A DNA stretch of 64,000 bases from Polyangiales bacterium. Its GTDB lineage: Bacteria; Myxococcota_A; Polyangia; Polyangiales; Polyangiaceae. Each line of letters starts with the position of its first letter. Positions within the stretch are counted from its first letter, which is position 1. The notes beneath the pieces are model-generated. The model saw nothing but the letters and a program-made list of their open reading frames with translations, ran no database searches and was not told the DNA's origin. Where the stretch lies: positions 32,001 to 96,000 of the forward strand of contig JBBRLQ010000006.1 of the NCBI GenBank assembly GCA_038231275.1, in the 5' to 3' direction. Both the position numbers and the translations under genes were made by a program. This document shows positions 40,818 through 50,668 of this stretch, piece by piece.

Positions 40818-41468
40818 ATGTTCATCGGACACTACGGCGCGTCGCTCGCGCTCAAGGCCGCGGCGCCGAAGGTTCCGCTGGCCGTGTACTTCGTGGCGGT
40901 GCAGGCGCTCGACTTCCTGTTTTGCGGGCTGGTCCTCGCCGGCGTGGAGCGGCTGCGCATCGTGCCGGGGTTCACCGAGGTCAACGCATACGATCTCGTC
41001 TTCATGCCGTACTCGCACAGCCTGATCGGCGCGGCCGGATGGGCGGTCCTCGCGGGGGTGGTGTGGAAGGTTTCGCGCGGCGGCCGGAGCGAGGCGCTCG
41101 CGGTCGGGGCAGCGGTGTTCTCGCATTTCGTGCTCGACGTCCCCATGCACACGCACGATTTGCCGCTCCTCGGAGACACGTCGACGAAGATCGGGCTCGG
41201 GCTCTGGAACCACCGCGCGCTCTCGATCGCGTTCGAGCTGGCGACCTTCGCCGCCGGATGGGCGCTGCTCGCGCGCGCGCAGCCGACGCTCGGACGCGCG
41301 CGGCCGATGCGTACGCTGGGGGCGGTGATGATCGTCCTCCTCGTCGCGACGCCGTTCATGCCGGCGCCGAAGAGCCCCGCGGAGTTCGCGGTCCAGGCGC
41401 TGGCGGCGTACGTGGCGCTGGCCGTCGCAGCCGCGTGGATCGAACGACGCGCCGGACGCGCGACCTGA
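40818..41468 (+). CDS. Membrane protein, putative metal-dependent hydrolase
   Basis: MFIGH, PYSHSL, SHFVLD...H motifs, multiple TMs. Confidence 0.7.
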   Translation: MFIGHYGASLALKAAAPKVPLAVYFVAVQALDFLFCGLVLAGVERLRIVPGFTEVNAYDLVFMPYSHSLIGAAGWAVLAGVVWKVSRGGRSEALAVGAAVFSHFVLDVPMHTHDLPLLGDTSTKIGLGLWNHRALSIAFELATFAAGWALLARAQPTLGRARPMRTLGAVMIVLLVATPFMPAPKSPAEFAVQALAAYVALAVAAAWIERRAGRAT

Positions 41469-41469
41469 T

Positions 41470-42198
41470 TCAGCGCGCCGCGAGGGCCAGGGCCACCTCG
41501 ACGACCCCCGGCACGCGCGGGACGTCGGGGTACATGCCCTCGTAGTGCCCGTGCGGGTCGATGAGGGCCGCGCGCATCTTGGCCGCGCGCGCGCCGACGA
41601 TGTCGGTCGAGTGCATGTCGCCGAGGTGCAGCGCCTCTTCGGCGGGGACGCGGAGCTTCTTCAGCGCGACGTCGAAGAAGCGCGGATCGGGCTTCTCCAG
41701 GCCGATGATGCCGCTGTCGAGGAGGAGATCGAAGTGCTCCACGATGCCGAGCTCGGTGAAGAGCTCCGCGAGCATCCCCTCGGAGTTCGACACGAGAACG
41801 ATCTGTACGCCCTTGCGGCGCGCGCGCTCGATCGCGTCGCCGAAGCCCTCCGGCACCTTGCACCAGAAATTTTTCGCCACGTGGAGCGGCCACGCCTCGT
41901 CCAGGAATGCCGGCGCCTTCGCCTCGGGGAGACCCGCCTCGCAGACGATCGTCGCGACCATGGCGCCCCAACCGCGCGCGCCGGGCGCGTCCTCCTTCGA
42001 CCAGCGCACGTCGACCATGCGGCCCTCGGCGTGACGACGCTTCGCCGCCCCCTCGGTGCGCGTGAGCGCCCGGGCGTCGGTCACGAGACCGTGCCGCGAC
42101 GCCAGCTCCGCGAGGCGGCCATGATCGAGGAAAATGACGGTATTTCCCGCGTCGAGCGACAAGAGCCGCACGCCGCGAACGAGCTCCGCGAGCTTCAC
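41470..42198 (-). CDS. HAD-family hydrolase
   Basis: LDAGNT, VSN, EKPDP, HLGD...DIVGA. Confidence 0.88.
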   Translation of the reverse strand: MKLAELVRGVRLLSLDAGNTVIFLDHGRLAELASRHGLVTDARALTRTEGAAKRRHAEGRMVDVRWSKEDAPGARGWGAMVATIVCEAGLPEAKAPAFLDEAWPLHVAKNFWCKVPEGFGDAIERARRKGVQIVLVSNSEGMLAELFTELGIVEHFDLLLDSGIIGLEKPDPRFFDVALKKLRVPAEEALHLGDMHSTDIVGARAAKMRAALIDPHGHYEGMYPDVPRVPGVVEVALALAAR

Positions 42199-42208
42199 GC
42201 GCGCGCGA

Positions 42209-43321
<1,113 letters not shown>

Positions 43322-43472
43322 GGGCGGGCTCCTCGCAGGGGGTGAGTTCGCGGACTATAGCCGCGCCCGGTCGATTGAAAAGGGGCTGCGCGATTGACGC
43401 AGTACGTCGCTCCGCGGAATTTGGCGAATTTGGGGCCGGCGACGCCGCGCCGGCATGTGGTAGCGATGGGGC

Positions 43473-44546
43473 GTGTACGGGCTCGTCCGGCCGCTCCTCT
43501 TCTCCCTTTCGCCGCGAACCGCCCACGCGGTCGGGATGGCCTGCCTCGGCGCCCTCGAGCACGTTGCGCCGCTCCGGTGGATGGCGAGGGCGATGTTCTC
43601 GCCGGACGCGCGGCTGCGGCGCGAGGTGATGGGGCTCACCTTCCCTTCCCCAATCGGCCTCGCGGGCGGCTTCGACAAGAACGCGATGCGCGCGCGGGCG
43701 CTGGCGAGCCTGGGCTTCGGGCACGTCGAGCTGGGGACGGTGACGGCGCAGGGACAAGAGGAGAACCCGCTCCCGAACCTCTTTCGTCTGCCGGAGGATC
43801 GCGCGCTCGTGAACCGCCTCGGCTTTCCGAACCAAGGCGCCGAGCGAGTGGTGGCGCGAATCGACGCGCGCGGCGGGGCTCGCGCGATCGGCGTCCCGGT
43901 CGGGGTCTCCATCGGCAAATCGCGCGTCGTGCCGGTGGACCCGATCGAGGGCGTCGTCGAGGACTACCTCGCGAGCTTTCGTGCGGCGCAGCGCGTGGCG
44001 GACTTCGTCGTGGTGAACGTGTCGTCGCCGAACACCAAGGATCTGCGCGCCATCCAGGGGGCCGAGCTCGCGCGCACGCTCCTCGGCGCGCTCGTAGAGG
44101 AGCGGGATCGCACAGGCCGCAAGGTGCCGCTGCTCGTCAAGATCGCGCCCGATCTCACGGATGAGGACGTCGATCAGGTGTGCGACGTCGCCAAGGAGGT
44201 CGGTCTCGCCGGCGTCGTTGCGACGAACACGACGGTCGGGCGCGCCGGCCTTCGTACTCTCGCCGCCGACGTCGCGGCGATCGGCGCGGGGGGTCTCAGC
44301 GACCCGCCGCTTCGCGCGCGCTCCCTCGAAGTGGTGACCCGTGTGCGCGCGCGCCTCGGCAAAGGGCCATGCGTCATCGGCGTCGGCGGCGTCGAGACCG
44401 GCGGCGACGCCAAGGCGCTCCTGGACGCGGGGGCCGATCTCGTCCAGCTCTACACAGGCTTCATTTACCGAGGCCCGCTCACCGCGTGGTCGATCGGACG
44501 GGAGCTTCTGGCCGGCGAGAAAAAAATAATTCGCGACGCCCTGTAA
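43473..44546 (+). CDS. pyrD: Quinone-dependent dihydroorotate dehydrogenase
   Basis: GFDKN, NRLGFPN, NVSSPNT, KIAPD, NTT, QLYTG. Confidence 0.95.
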   Translation: MYGLVRPLLFSLSPRTAHAVGMACLGALEHVAPLRWMARAMFSPDARLRREVMGLTFPSPIGLAGGFDKNAMRARALASLGFGHVELGTVTAQGQEENPLPNLFRLPEDRALVNRLGFPNQGAERVVARIDARGGARAIGVPVGVSIGKSRVVPVDPIEGVVEDYLASFRAAQRVADFVVVNVSSPNTKDLRAIQGAELARTLLGALVEERDRTGRKVPLLVKIAPDLTDEDVDQVCDVAKEVGLAGVVATNTTVGRAGLRTLAADVAAIGAGGLSDPPLRARSLEVVTRVRARLGKGPCVIGVGGVETGGDAKALLDAGADLVQLYTGFIYRGPLTAWSIGRELLAGEKKIIRDAL

Positions 44547-44570
44547 CTTCGGCCGCGCTCGGGCCACATT
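44542..44570 (+). promoter_or_regulatory. Candidate autoregulatory ECF promoter
   Basis: TGTAAC-N17-CACATT ending 6 nt before the ECF start codon. Confidence 0.35.
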
Positions 44571-44576
44571 CAGGTC

Positions 44577-45188
44577 GTGGCGATCTTCCGAGCTCCCCTT
44601 CTTCCCGTCGCGCTCGCCGAGGCGCGCTCCCAGGCAGGAGAAGGTGCGACCGAAGCCGACGATCGGGCCGCGCTCGCCGAGCTCTACGCGCGCCACGCGC
44701 CGCCCATCCACCGCTTCTTGCGCGATCTCCTCGGGGACGCCGCCCTCGCCGCCGACGCCACCCAGGAGACGTTCTGCCGGGCGTTCCGTCGCCTCGGCTC
44801 GCTCGACGATCGCGGCCGATCGGTGCCGTGGCTCTTCGCGATCGCGCGCAACGTGTCTCTCGAGGTGAGGCGCGCGCGCATGCGGCACGGGCGAATCTTC
44901 GTCGCTGAAGACGGCGTGCACGAGGCCGCCGATGCCGTCTGCCGCATGGGGTCGCCGGAGTCAGTGCTGCTCGATCAGGAGAGCGTGCGTGTCGTCGGCG
45001 CCGCCCTCGAGCGTCTCGGCGAGGACCGACGCGCCGCGTTGCTTCTCCGCTTCGACCACGGCCTTGCGTACGAAGAGATCGCCGAGGCGATGAGCTGGAC
45101 GCTCGCCAAGGTCAAAATCGAGATCTTCCGCGCGCGCGAGGTGTTGCGCGGCGCGCTCGACGAGTACCGCGCGGGAGGCCTGAAATGA
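44577..45188 (+). CDS. ECF sigma factor
   Basis: AADATQETF, WLFAIARN, YEEIAE...VKIEIFRAR. Confidence 0.9.
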   Translation: MAIFRAPLLPVALAEARSQAGEGATEADDRAALAELYARHAPPIHRFLRDLLGDAALAADATQETFCRAFRRLGSLDDRGRSVPWLFAIARNVSLEVRRARMRHGRIFVAEDGVHEAADAVCRMGSPESVLLDQESVRVVGAALERLGEDRRAALLLRFDHGLAYEEIAEAMSWTLAKVKIEIFRAREVLRGALDEYRAGGLK

Positions 45189-45763
45189 AGCCCTGCGCGC
45201 ACGTCGAGGCGCTCGAGGATCTCGCGCTCCGTGGGGACCGCGGGCGCGGCACGAACGAGCACACGGACGCGTGGCTCGAGGCTCACGTCACCGAGTGCGA
45301 GCAGTGCGCCGCCGAGCTCGATCGCCTCCTCGAAGAGCGCGAGCTGTTCGTGCGGCGCGCGCGCGTGCTCGACGTCGCGCTGGAGCCGAGCGGCGTCTTC
45401 GCAGTGCTCGATCGACGGCGCGAGCGTTTCCGGAAGAGCGGCGTGCTCGCGTCGATGGTGGCGGCCGCCGCGGCGTGCGTGGCGATGGCGTTCGCGCCGG
45501 TCACGGCGATCGGTGTCCGCGCAGGTCTGCGCGCCGGGACCGAGCCCGCGCAGGCCGATCTCGGCGCGACGGCGGCGGGGGGAAGCTGGGACGAGGCGCC
45601 GATGACGATGCGCGTCGCGGCGTGCATGCCGCCCGGGATCGATCACACGGCGTGCGACGCTCCGATGGAGACGCGCACGGCGAGCGGCGGAATGTCGATG
45701 TCGATGATGAACGCGGCGACCGCGTGCGTGGCCGACGTAACTTGCTCCGTCGCGCGGCCATGA
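45185..45763 (+). CDS. zf-HC2-type anti-sigma factor with TM and Cys/Met-rich tail
   Basis: HVTECEQC, ATGA coupling to ECF, TM segment. Confidence 0.75.
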   Translation: MKPCAHVEALEDLALRGDRGRGTNEHTDAWLEAHVTECEQCAAELDRLLEERELFVRRARVLDVALEPSGVFAVLDRRRERFRKSGVLASMVAAAAACVAMAFAPVTAIGVRAGLRAGTEPAQADLGATAAGGSWDEAPMTMRVAACMPPGIDHTACDAPMETRTASGGMSMSMMNAATACVADVTCSVARP

Positions 45764-45808
45764 CCGGGTGAGCCCGCGCGTCGCGGGCGACAACGCCCGG
45801 AGGCGAAC

Positions 45809-47110
45809 ATGCGCGCGATGATCTCGGGAGTGGTGCTGTCCATGATGACGGCGGCCACGAGCTGCTCCGACACGACCCCCACCACCGAGGCGCCGCACGC
45901 GCCTCCGATCGCCAACGCCGCCGCCGCGATCGACGCGCCGCGTGTCCCGGTCGAAGGCATGCCTGCGCTCGGCGACGCGCGCGCGCTGGTCACCGTGGTG
46001 TCGTTCGTCGACTACGAGTGTCCGTTCAGCGCGCGCGCGAACGAGAACTTCGCGACGCTGCGGGCGAAGCACGGGGACGATCTCCGCGTCGTCTTCGCGA
46101 ACCGGCCACTGCCGATGCACACGCACGCGCGCGTAGCGGCGCTGGCAGCGCTGGCGGCGGCCGAGCAAGGGCGTTTCGCCGAGCTCCACGCGCGCCTCTT
46201 CGACGCGACGCCGGGGGGCGAGGCCGCGATCGTCGCGGCTGCGCGCGCCGCCGGGCTCGACATGCCGCGCTGGGAGGCGGCGCGAAACGGGGAGGCGATG
46301 CACAAGGCGCTCATGCGCTCCGAGGAGCTCGCGCAGAACCTCGGCGTCACCGGCACGCCGACGTCGTTCGTCGACGGGCGGCGCATCGAGGGCGCGCAGC
46401 CGATCGACATGTTCGCGACGGTGCTCGCCGACGATCTCTTCAAGGCGACCGCGCTCTTCCGTTCGGGCGAGCCGCGAGAGCGGATCTACGCGCGCCTCGT
46501 CAAGGACGCGCCGATCGCGCCGATCGCGCCGGAGGAGGTCGGGGCGCCGTGCCACGCAAAGGACGACGCGCCAGCGCCCGACGAGGTAAAGGCCATTCGC
46601 ACCGACGGCGCGCCGATGCGCGGCGCCGACGACGCAAAGGTCAGCGTGGTCGTCTTCACGGACTTCCAGTGCCCCTTCTGCGCGCGCCTCGACGGGAGGC
46701 TGCGCGAGCTCCAGACGCTGTACCCCGACAAGGTGAAGGTGCTCTACAAGGCGAAGCCGCTGCCGATGCACTCGAGCGCGCGTCTCGCCGCGAAGGCGGG
46801 CGTGGCAGCGCAAGCGCAGGGGAAATTCTGGGCGCTCAACGACGAGATGTTTGCGCACCAGACCAGCCTCGATCGCGCAGGGCTCGAGTCGCACGCTGCC
46901 GCGGCGGGGCTCGACATGGATCGGTTTCGCCGCGATCTCGACGACCCGGCGACCAACGCGCGCGTGTCGGCGGACGCGCAGGACGCCGACGCGCTGGGCG
47001 TGACCGGCACGCCGACGCTGTTCGTGAACGGGCGGCGACTCGTCGGCGCGCGGCCGATGACGGAGCTCGTCGGGGCCGTCGAGCGCGCCCTCGCAGAAGC
47101 GGCGCGCTGA
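45809..47110 (+). CDS. Tandem DsbA/thioredoxin-domain lipoprotein
   Basis: DYECPFS and DFQCPFC active sites, two GVTGTP motifs; GGAGG RBS. Confidence 0.9.
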   Translation: MRAMISGVVLSMMTAATSCSDTTPTTEAPHAPPIANAAAAIDAPRVPVEGMPALGDARALVTVVSFVDYECPFSARANENFATLRAKHGDDLRVVFANRPLPMHTHARVAALAALAAAEQGRFAELHARLFDATPGGEAAIVAAARAAGLDMPRWEAARNGEAMHKALMRSEELAQNLGVTGTPTSFVDGRRIEGAQPIDMFATVLADDLFKATALFRSGEPRERIYARLVKDAPIAPIAPEEVGAPCHAKDDAPAPDEVKAIRTDGAPMRGADDAKVSVVVFTDFQCPFCARLDGRLRELQTLYPDKVKVLYKAKPLPMHSSARLAAKAGVAAQAQGKFWALNDEMFAHQTSLDRAGLESHAAAAGLDMDRFRRDLDDPATNARVSADAQDADALGVTGTPTLFVNGRRLVGARPMTELVGAVERALAEAAR

Positions 47111-47127
47111 GGCGATCGTCGACGCGA

Positions 47128-48321
47128 TCAGCGAGCGTCGAAGCTGCGTGAGTGAAACGCGAAAGCGATCCCGGTCGACCACGCGCCACGCTGGAGGACG
47201 TCGCTGCCCGCCCAAAGCCCCAGCGTCGTGTCCGGCGTGAGCCACACGTCGACCGCCGCACGCGGCTCGACGACCCACGCCCCGCCGAGAAATGCTGCGC
47301 CGGACGTCGCGCTCGCGGCCGCGTCGTCCTTGCCGCCGACCACGACGAGCCGCCCGCCACCGAAGATCTCCCCTCGCAGCTGGAAGGGCCCCTTTCGGAT
47401 CGTCTGCGCGCCGACGATGGCGCCGCCGACGAAGTGGACTGCGGGGCCCGTCGTCGACACTGTGCTCGGCGGCGGGCCGAGGATGACCGACGACGCGCCA
47501 CCGAACCCCAGATCAATCTCGCCTCCGACGTAGACGGCGCGCGAGACGAAGCCGACGGTCTTGAGATCGAACGTGCCGGAATAGAGGTCGGGGCCGAGCG
47601 GATCGCTGGGAACCGCGCCGAGGCCGCTGCGCCAGAGGGCGAGGCGCGACGTCGGGATCGCGTGCGCGCTGAGGCCGAGATCGATCCGGAGTCGCGCGAC
47701 CTGGGGCGTCTCCCACGCCGTCCGCTGCTCCCAGCAGTCGCGGGGTCCGAAGCCTTCCCGCTTCTCGGCCTCGCACCCTCCGAGCGCGCGGAAAAACCCT
47801 GGTCTGTCTCGTTCGACGAGGCTCGCGTCGCCCGGCGTCGCGAAGCACACGACGCCGAAGCCATCGTCGACCCCCGGCGCGACCGCGCGCAGATCGACGC
47901 AAACCTCGTCGAACGACGCCCCCGGCGTGGGAGCGTCGTAGCGGATCGCCTCGCTCCCGGTCCTCCGCCCATCGAGCAACGTCGCGTGGAGCTGGAGCCG
48001 TGGGTCGAACGCGACGAGCTTCGTCTCTCCTTTCGCGTTGCGACCCACGACCTCGGCGCGGGACAGATCGATCACGTGCCGGTCGTCGCACGCGTTGCCG
48101 AGCTCGAACGCGACGAGGGCGCTCGACGGCGCGATGCGCGGGTGCGCCGCGAGCGCGGCGGAGACGTCCACGCATCCGCGACGGCGCGCCGCCCGCGTGG
48201 TCGTGTCGGGCGTCGAAAAAATCGCGCCCGGCGCATACGTCGGCGCGCAGCCCGACAGGCCGAAAAGCGCCGCGGCGAGGCAGGCGGCAATGGCGACAAT
48301 GTTGTCATACAAATTTGTCAT
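47128..48321 (-). CDS. Hypothetical lipoprotein with C-terminal beta-barrel-like region
   Basis: LSGC lipobox; alternating beta-strand pattern in C-terminal half; start uncertain. Confidence 0.65.
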   Translation of the reverse strand: MTNLYDNIVAIAACLAAALFGLSGCAPTYAPGAIFSTPDTTTRAARRRGCVDVSAALAAHPRIAPSSALVAFELGNACDDRHVIDLSRAEVVGRNAKGETKLVAFDPRLQLHATLLDGRRTGSEAIRYDAPTPGASFDEVCVDLRAVAPGVDDGFGVVCFATPGDASLVERDRPGFFRALGGCEAEKREGFGPRDCWEQRTAWETPQVARLRIDLGLSAHAIPTSRLALWRSGLGAVPSDPLGPDLYSGTFDLKTVGFVSRAVYVGGEIDLGFGGASSVILGPPPSTVSTTGPAVHFVGGAIVGAQTIRKGPFQLRGEIFGGGRLVVVGGKDDAAASATSGAAFLGGAWVVEPRAAVDVWLTPDTTLGLWAGSDVLQRGAWSTGIAFAFHSRSFDAR

Positions 48322-48365
48322 ACAACTTACGACCCGACGGTGCGAACGGCTCATGGCGCGCCTGC

Positions 48366-49031
48366 TCACCACGTCACGCCGGTCGTCACGCCCATGCGGT
48401 GCACGCCGTCGACGTCGGGGATGAAGAAGGCGTGGAGCGGCACGTAAAAAGTGCCGACGCGCGGCGTCCAACCGGCGGCGAGGATCATGTGCGCCTCGCT
48501 GCCGGCGAGCGGCTCGAGGTGCGCGCCAACGCCGAGCTGGAACGAGTTGTTGATCTCGGCGCCGATGAGGAGGTTGCCGCTCGGGTAGAACTTCGCCTGC
48601 TCGAGGCCCGCGACGTTCGCGTTCGCGACCAGGATGACGTTGAGCCACGAGTGCCCCACCATCCGGTAAAACGCCTCGTAGCCCGCGAGGAAGTGGCTGG
48701 GCGTCCGCATGTCGGCCTTCTGCGCGAGGCTCTGCCCGTTGAACGCGGCGATCGGCTTGTCGAAGTTGGCGTTGTACGAGTACCCGATGCGAAATCCGTG
48801 GAGGAGCTTTGCGTCGTCGGGGTTGTAGTCGCGCGCGGGCGCTTCGGTCGCGACAGGGACCGGCGGCGGCACGTAGCGAATCGGCGGGCGGGGCGGCGGC
48901 GGATCGGACGCGAGGGGCGCGTCGGGCTGGGGCGGAGGGTCGGCGTGCGCGACGGCGCTCACTACGAGAGACAGGACGGAAACGACGGCGAAGGGCAGCG
49001 CGCGAAGGCGCCAATTTCGAAGAGCAATCAT
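48366..49031 (-). CDS. Hypothetical exported beta-barrel-like protein
   Basis: Signal peptide AHA-D, Pro-rich linker, amphipathic strands, C-terminal Trp. Confidence 0.75.
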   Translation of the reverse strand: MIALRNWRLRALPFAVVSVLSLVVSAVAHADPPPQPDAPLASDPPPPRPPIRYVPPPVPVATEAPARDYNPDDAKLLHGFRIGYSYNANFDKPIAAFNGQSLAQKADMRTPSHFLAGYEAFYRMVGHSWLNVILVANANVAGLEQAKFYPSGNLLIGAEINNSFQLGVGAHLEPLAGSEAHMILAAGWTPRVGTFYVPLHAFFIPDVDGVHRMGVTTGVTW

Positions 49032-49043
49032 GCACGGCGAGAT

Positions 49044-49059
49044 TGCACGGCGCGCGCCA
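49044..49059 (-). promoter_or_regulatory. Sigma54 promoter, ATG 14 nt after the -12 C
   Basis: Minus strand TGGCGCGCGCCGTGCA = GG-N10-GC. Confidence 0.65.
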
Positions 49060-49100
49060 CGGCCCCGCTCACGCGGGATCGCGCACATCCCCCGGTGAGC

Positions 49101-49116
49101 GTGCAAGACCTTGCAC
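49101..49116. promoter_or_regulatory. Palindrome GTGCAAG-AC-CTTGCAC, candidate enhancer
   Basis: Perfect 7-bp arms about 40 bp upstream of the sigma54 motif; NtrC-type regulator nearby. Confidence 0.55.
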
Positions 49117-49148
49117 GGTCGGGCGCACGGCCGGTCACGCGACGCGCG

Positions 49149-50645
49149 CTACGCGGCGGCGACGGGCAAGCGGAGCTCCACGCGGGTCCCCTGCCCGACC
49201 TTGCTGGTGAGGGACGCGGCTCCTCCGTGCGCGACGGCGACCCGGCGCACGAACGCGAGCCCCAGGCCCGTTCCCTGCGGCTTCGTGGTGAAGAAGTCTT
49301 CGAAGGCCCGCTCGGCGCGGCGCGCATCCATGCCGCCGCCGTCGTCCTCGACCGAGAGAACGAGCATGGCATGCGAAGCGGCGCCGTCCACACGCGCCCC
49401 GATCCGCAGCACGCCGCCCTTCGGCATCGCCTCGACCGCGTTGCGCGCCAGGTTCTCGAGCGCAGAGGCGACGAGATCAGCGTCGGCGTCGCACTCCGGC
49501 AAGGTCGGCGAGAGCTCGACGCGCACATCGACCGCGGGAGCAGAGGTCCTCTGCGCGGCGGCGACGCGTTCGACGAGATCGCGCAGCTGAACGCGCGTCT
49601 TCACGGGCTCGACGCGTGCGACGCGATCGAACCGGTCGATCACCGCGCGGAGGCGCTTCGCCTGCTCGAGGACGAGCTTCACCATCTCGCGCTGCTGCTC
49701 CACCGGCAGATCCCCCTCCAGGATTTGGGCGGCGCCGACCAGCGCGGCGAGGGGGTTTTTCAAATCGTGCGTCATTTGCGCGGAAATTCGGCCCAGCGCC
49801 GTCAGCTGCACGACCCGCTCGCGCGCGCGCGACTGCGACACGAGCAGCTCGCGCGACGCGACCGCGACGACGACCGACACGGCCGTCGCGCCGAACGCCA
49901 GCGCTGCCGCGTTCTGGCCGAGGACGTAGAAGACGACGAGGTAAGCGGCAACGGACCCGAGCGCCAAGGCGGCGACGTACAACGCGGTGGCCACGGACAG
50001 ATCGCGATCGAAGAGACGAAGGCGGAGGACCGAAATCGAGACGAGCGACGTCGCCGCCAGCGTCCCCAGCGCGCCAAGACGCGGCAACGCTCCGCCGCCC
50101 GCCGCGTCGAGCAGATCGGTCGTCGCCAGCGCACCACCCGCGCCGAGCGCCGCCAACATCGTGCGCGTCCGCGCCTTCTCGTCGGCGTCCGCGGTGGTGA
50201 CGAGGTGCCGCACGAGGAGCGCGAAGCCGTACGCGAGCATCGGCGACCACGCCAAGAGCTCGAGCCCCGGCCAGGTGGGAGACGCAAGCCACGCGCGTGG
50301 CGTCGCCAAGACCAGCGCGGACAGCGCGACGAGCGCCATCGCGCCGAACGCCAGATACGACGCCGCGAGCACGCGCCTGTGGATGCGCCGCGCCCCGACG
50401 AAGGACACGATCACGTGCAGCGCCAGGGGCGGCGAGAGCGCGGTGAACGCGTCGTCGACCCATCCCCAGTAGCTCGCGCCCGTCACGTGGTGCGCGAGGC
50501 CCGCGAAGCACCACCCGAACATCACGCAGCAGAGGAGCGCCAGCGGACGGGCGAGCGCGCTCTTCCCTCCTCGTGCGAAGCTGAGCGACGCCAACGTCGC
50601 GTGACCGATCGCGGCGACGACGAGCAGCCAGTCCTTGGGCGCCAC
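49149..50645 (-). CDS. Multi-TM sensor histidine kinase
   Basis: Hydrophobic N-terminal half, HDLKNPL, NLARNA, DDGGG, FFTTK, GTGLGL. Confidence 0.92.
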   Translation of the reverse strand: MAPKDWLLVVAAIGHATLASLSFARGGKSALARPLALLCCVMFGWCFAGLAHHVTGASYWGWVDDAFTALSPPLALHVIVSFVGARRIHRRVLAASYLAFGAMALVALSALVLATPRAWLASPTWPGLELLAWSPMLAYGFALLVRHLVTTADADEKARTRTMLAALGAGGALATTDLLDAAGGGALPRLGALGTLAATSLVSISVLRLRLFDRDLSVATALYVAALALGSVAAYLVVFYVLGQNAAALAFGATAVSVVVAVASRELLVSQSRARERVVQLTALGRISAQMTHDLKNPLAALVGAAQILEGDLPVEQQREMVKLVLEQAKRLRAVIDRFDRVARVEPVKTRVQLRDLVERVAAAQRTSAPAVDVRVELSPTLPECDADADLVASALENLARNAVEAMPKGGVLRIGARVDGAASHAMLVLSVEDDGGGMDARRAERAFEDFFTTKPQGTGLGLAFVRRVAVAHGGAASLTSKVGQGTRVELRLPVAAA

Positions 50646-50651
50646 GCCGCC

Positions 50652-50661
50652 ATGGTACACT
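50652..50661. promoter_or_regulatory. Bidirectional overlapping -10 elements
   Basis: ATGGTACACT reads TACACT (+) 7 nt before GTG 50669 and TACCAT (-) 6 nt before GTG 50645. Confidence 0.6.
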
Positions 50662-50668
50662 CGACCGC

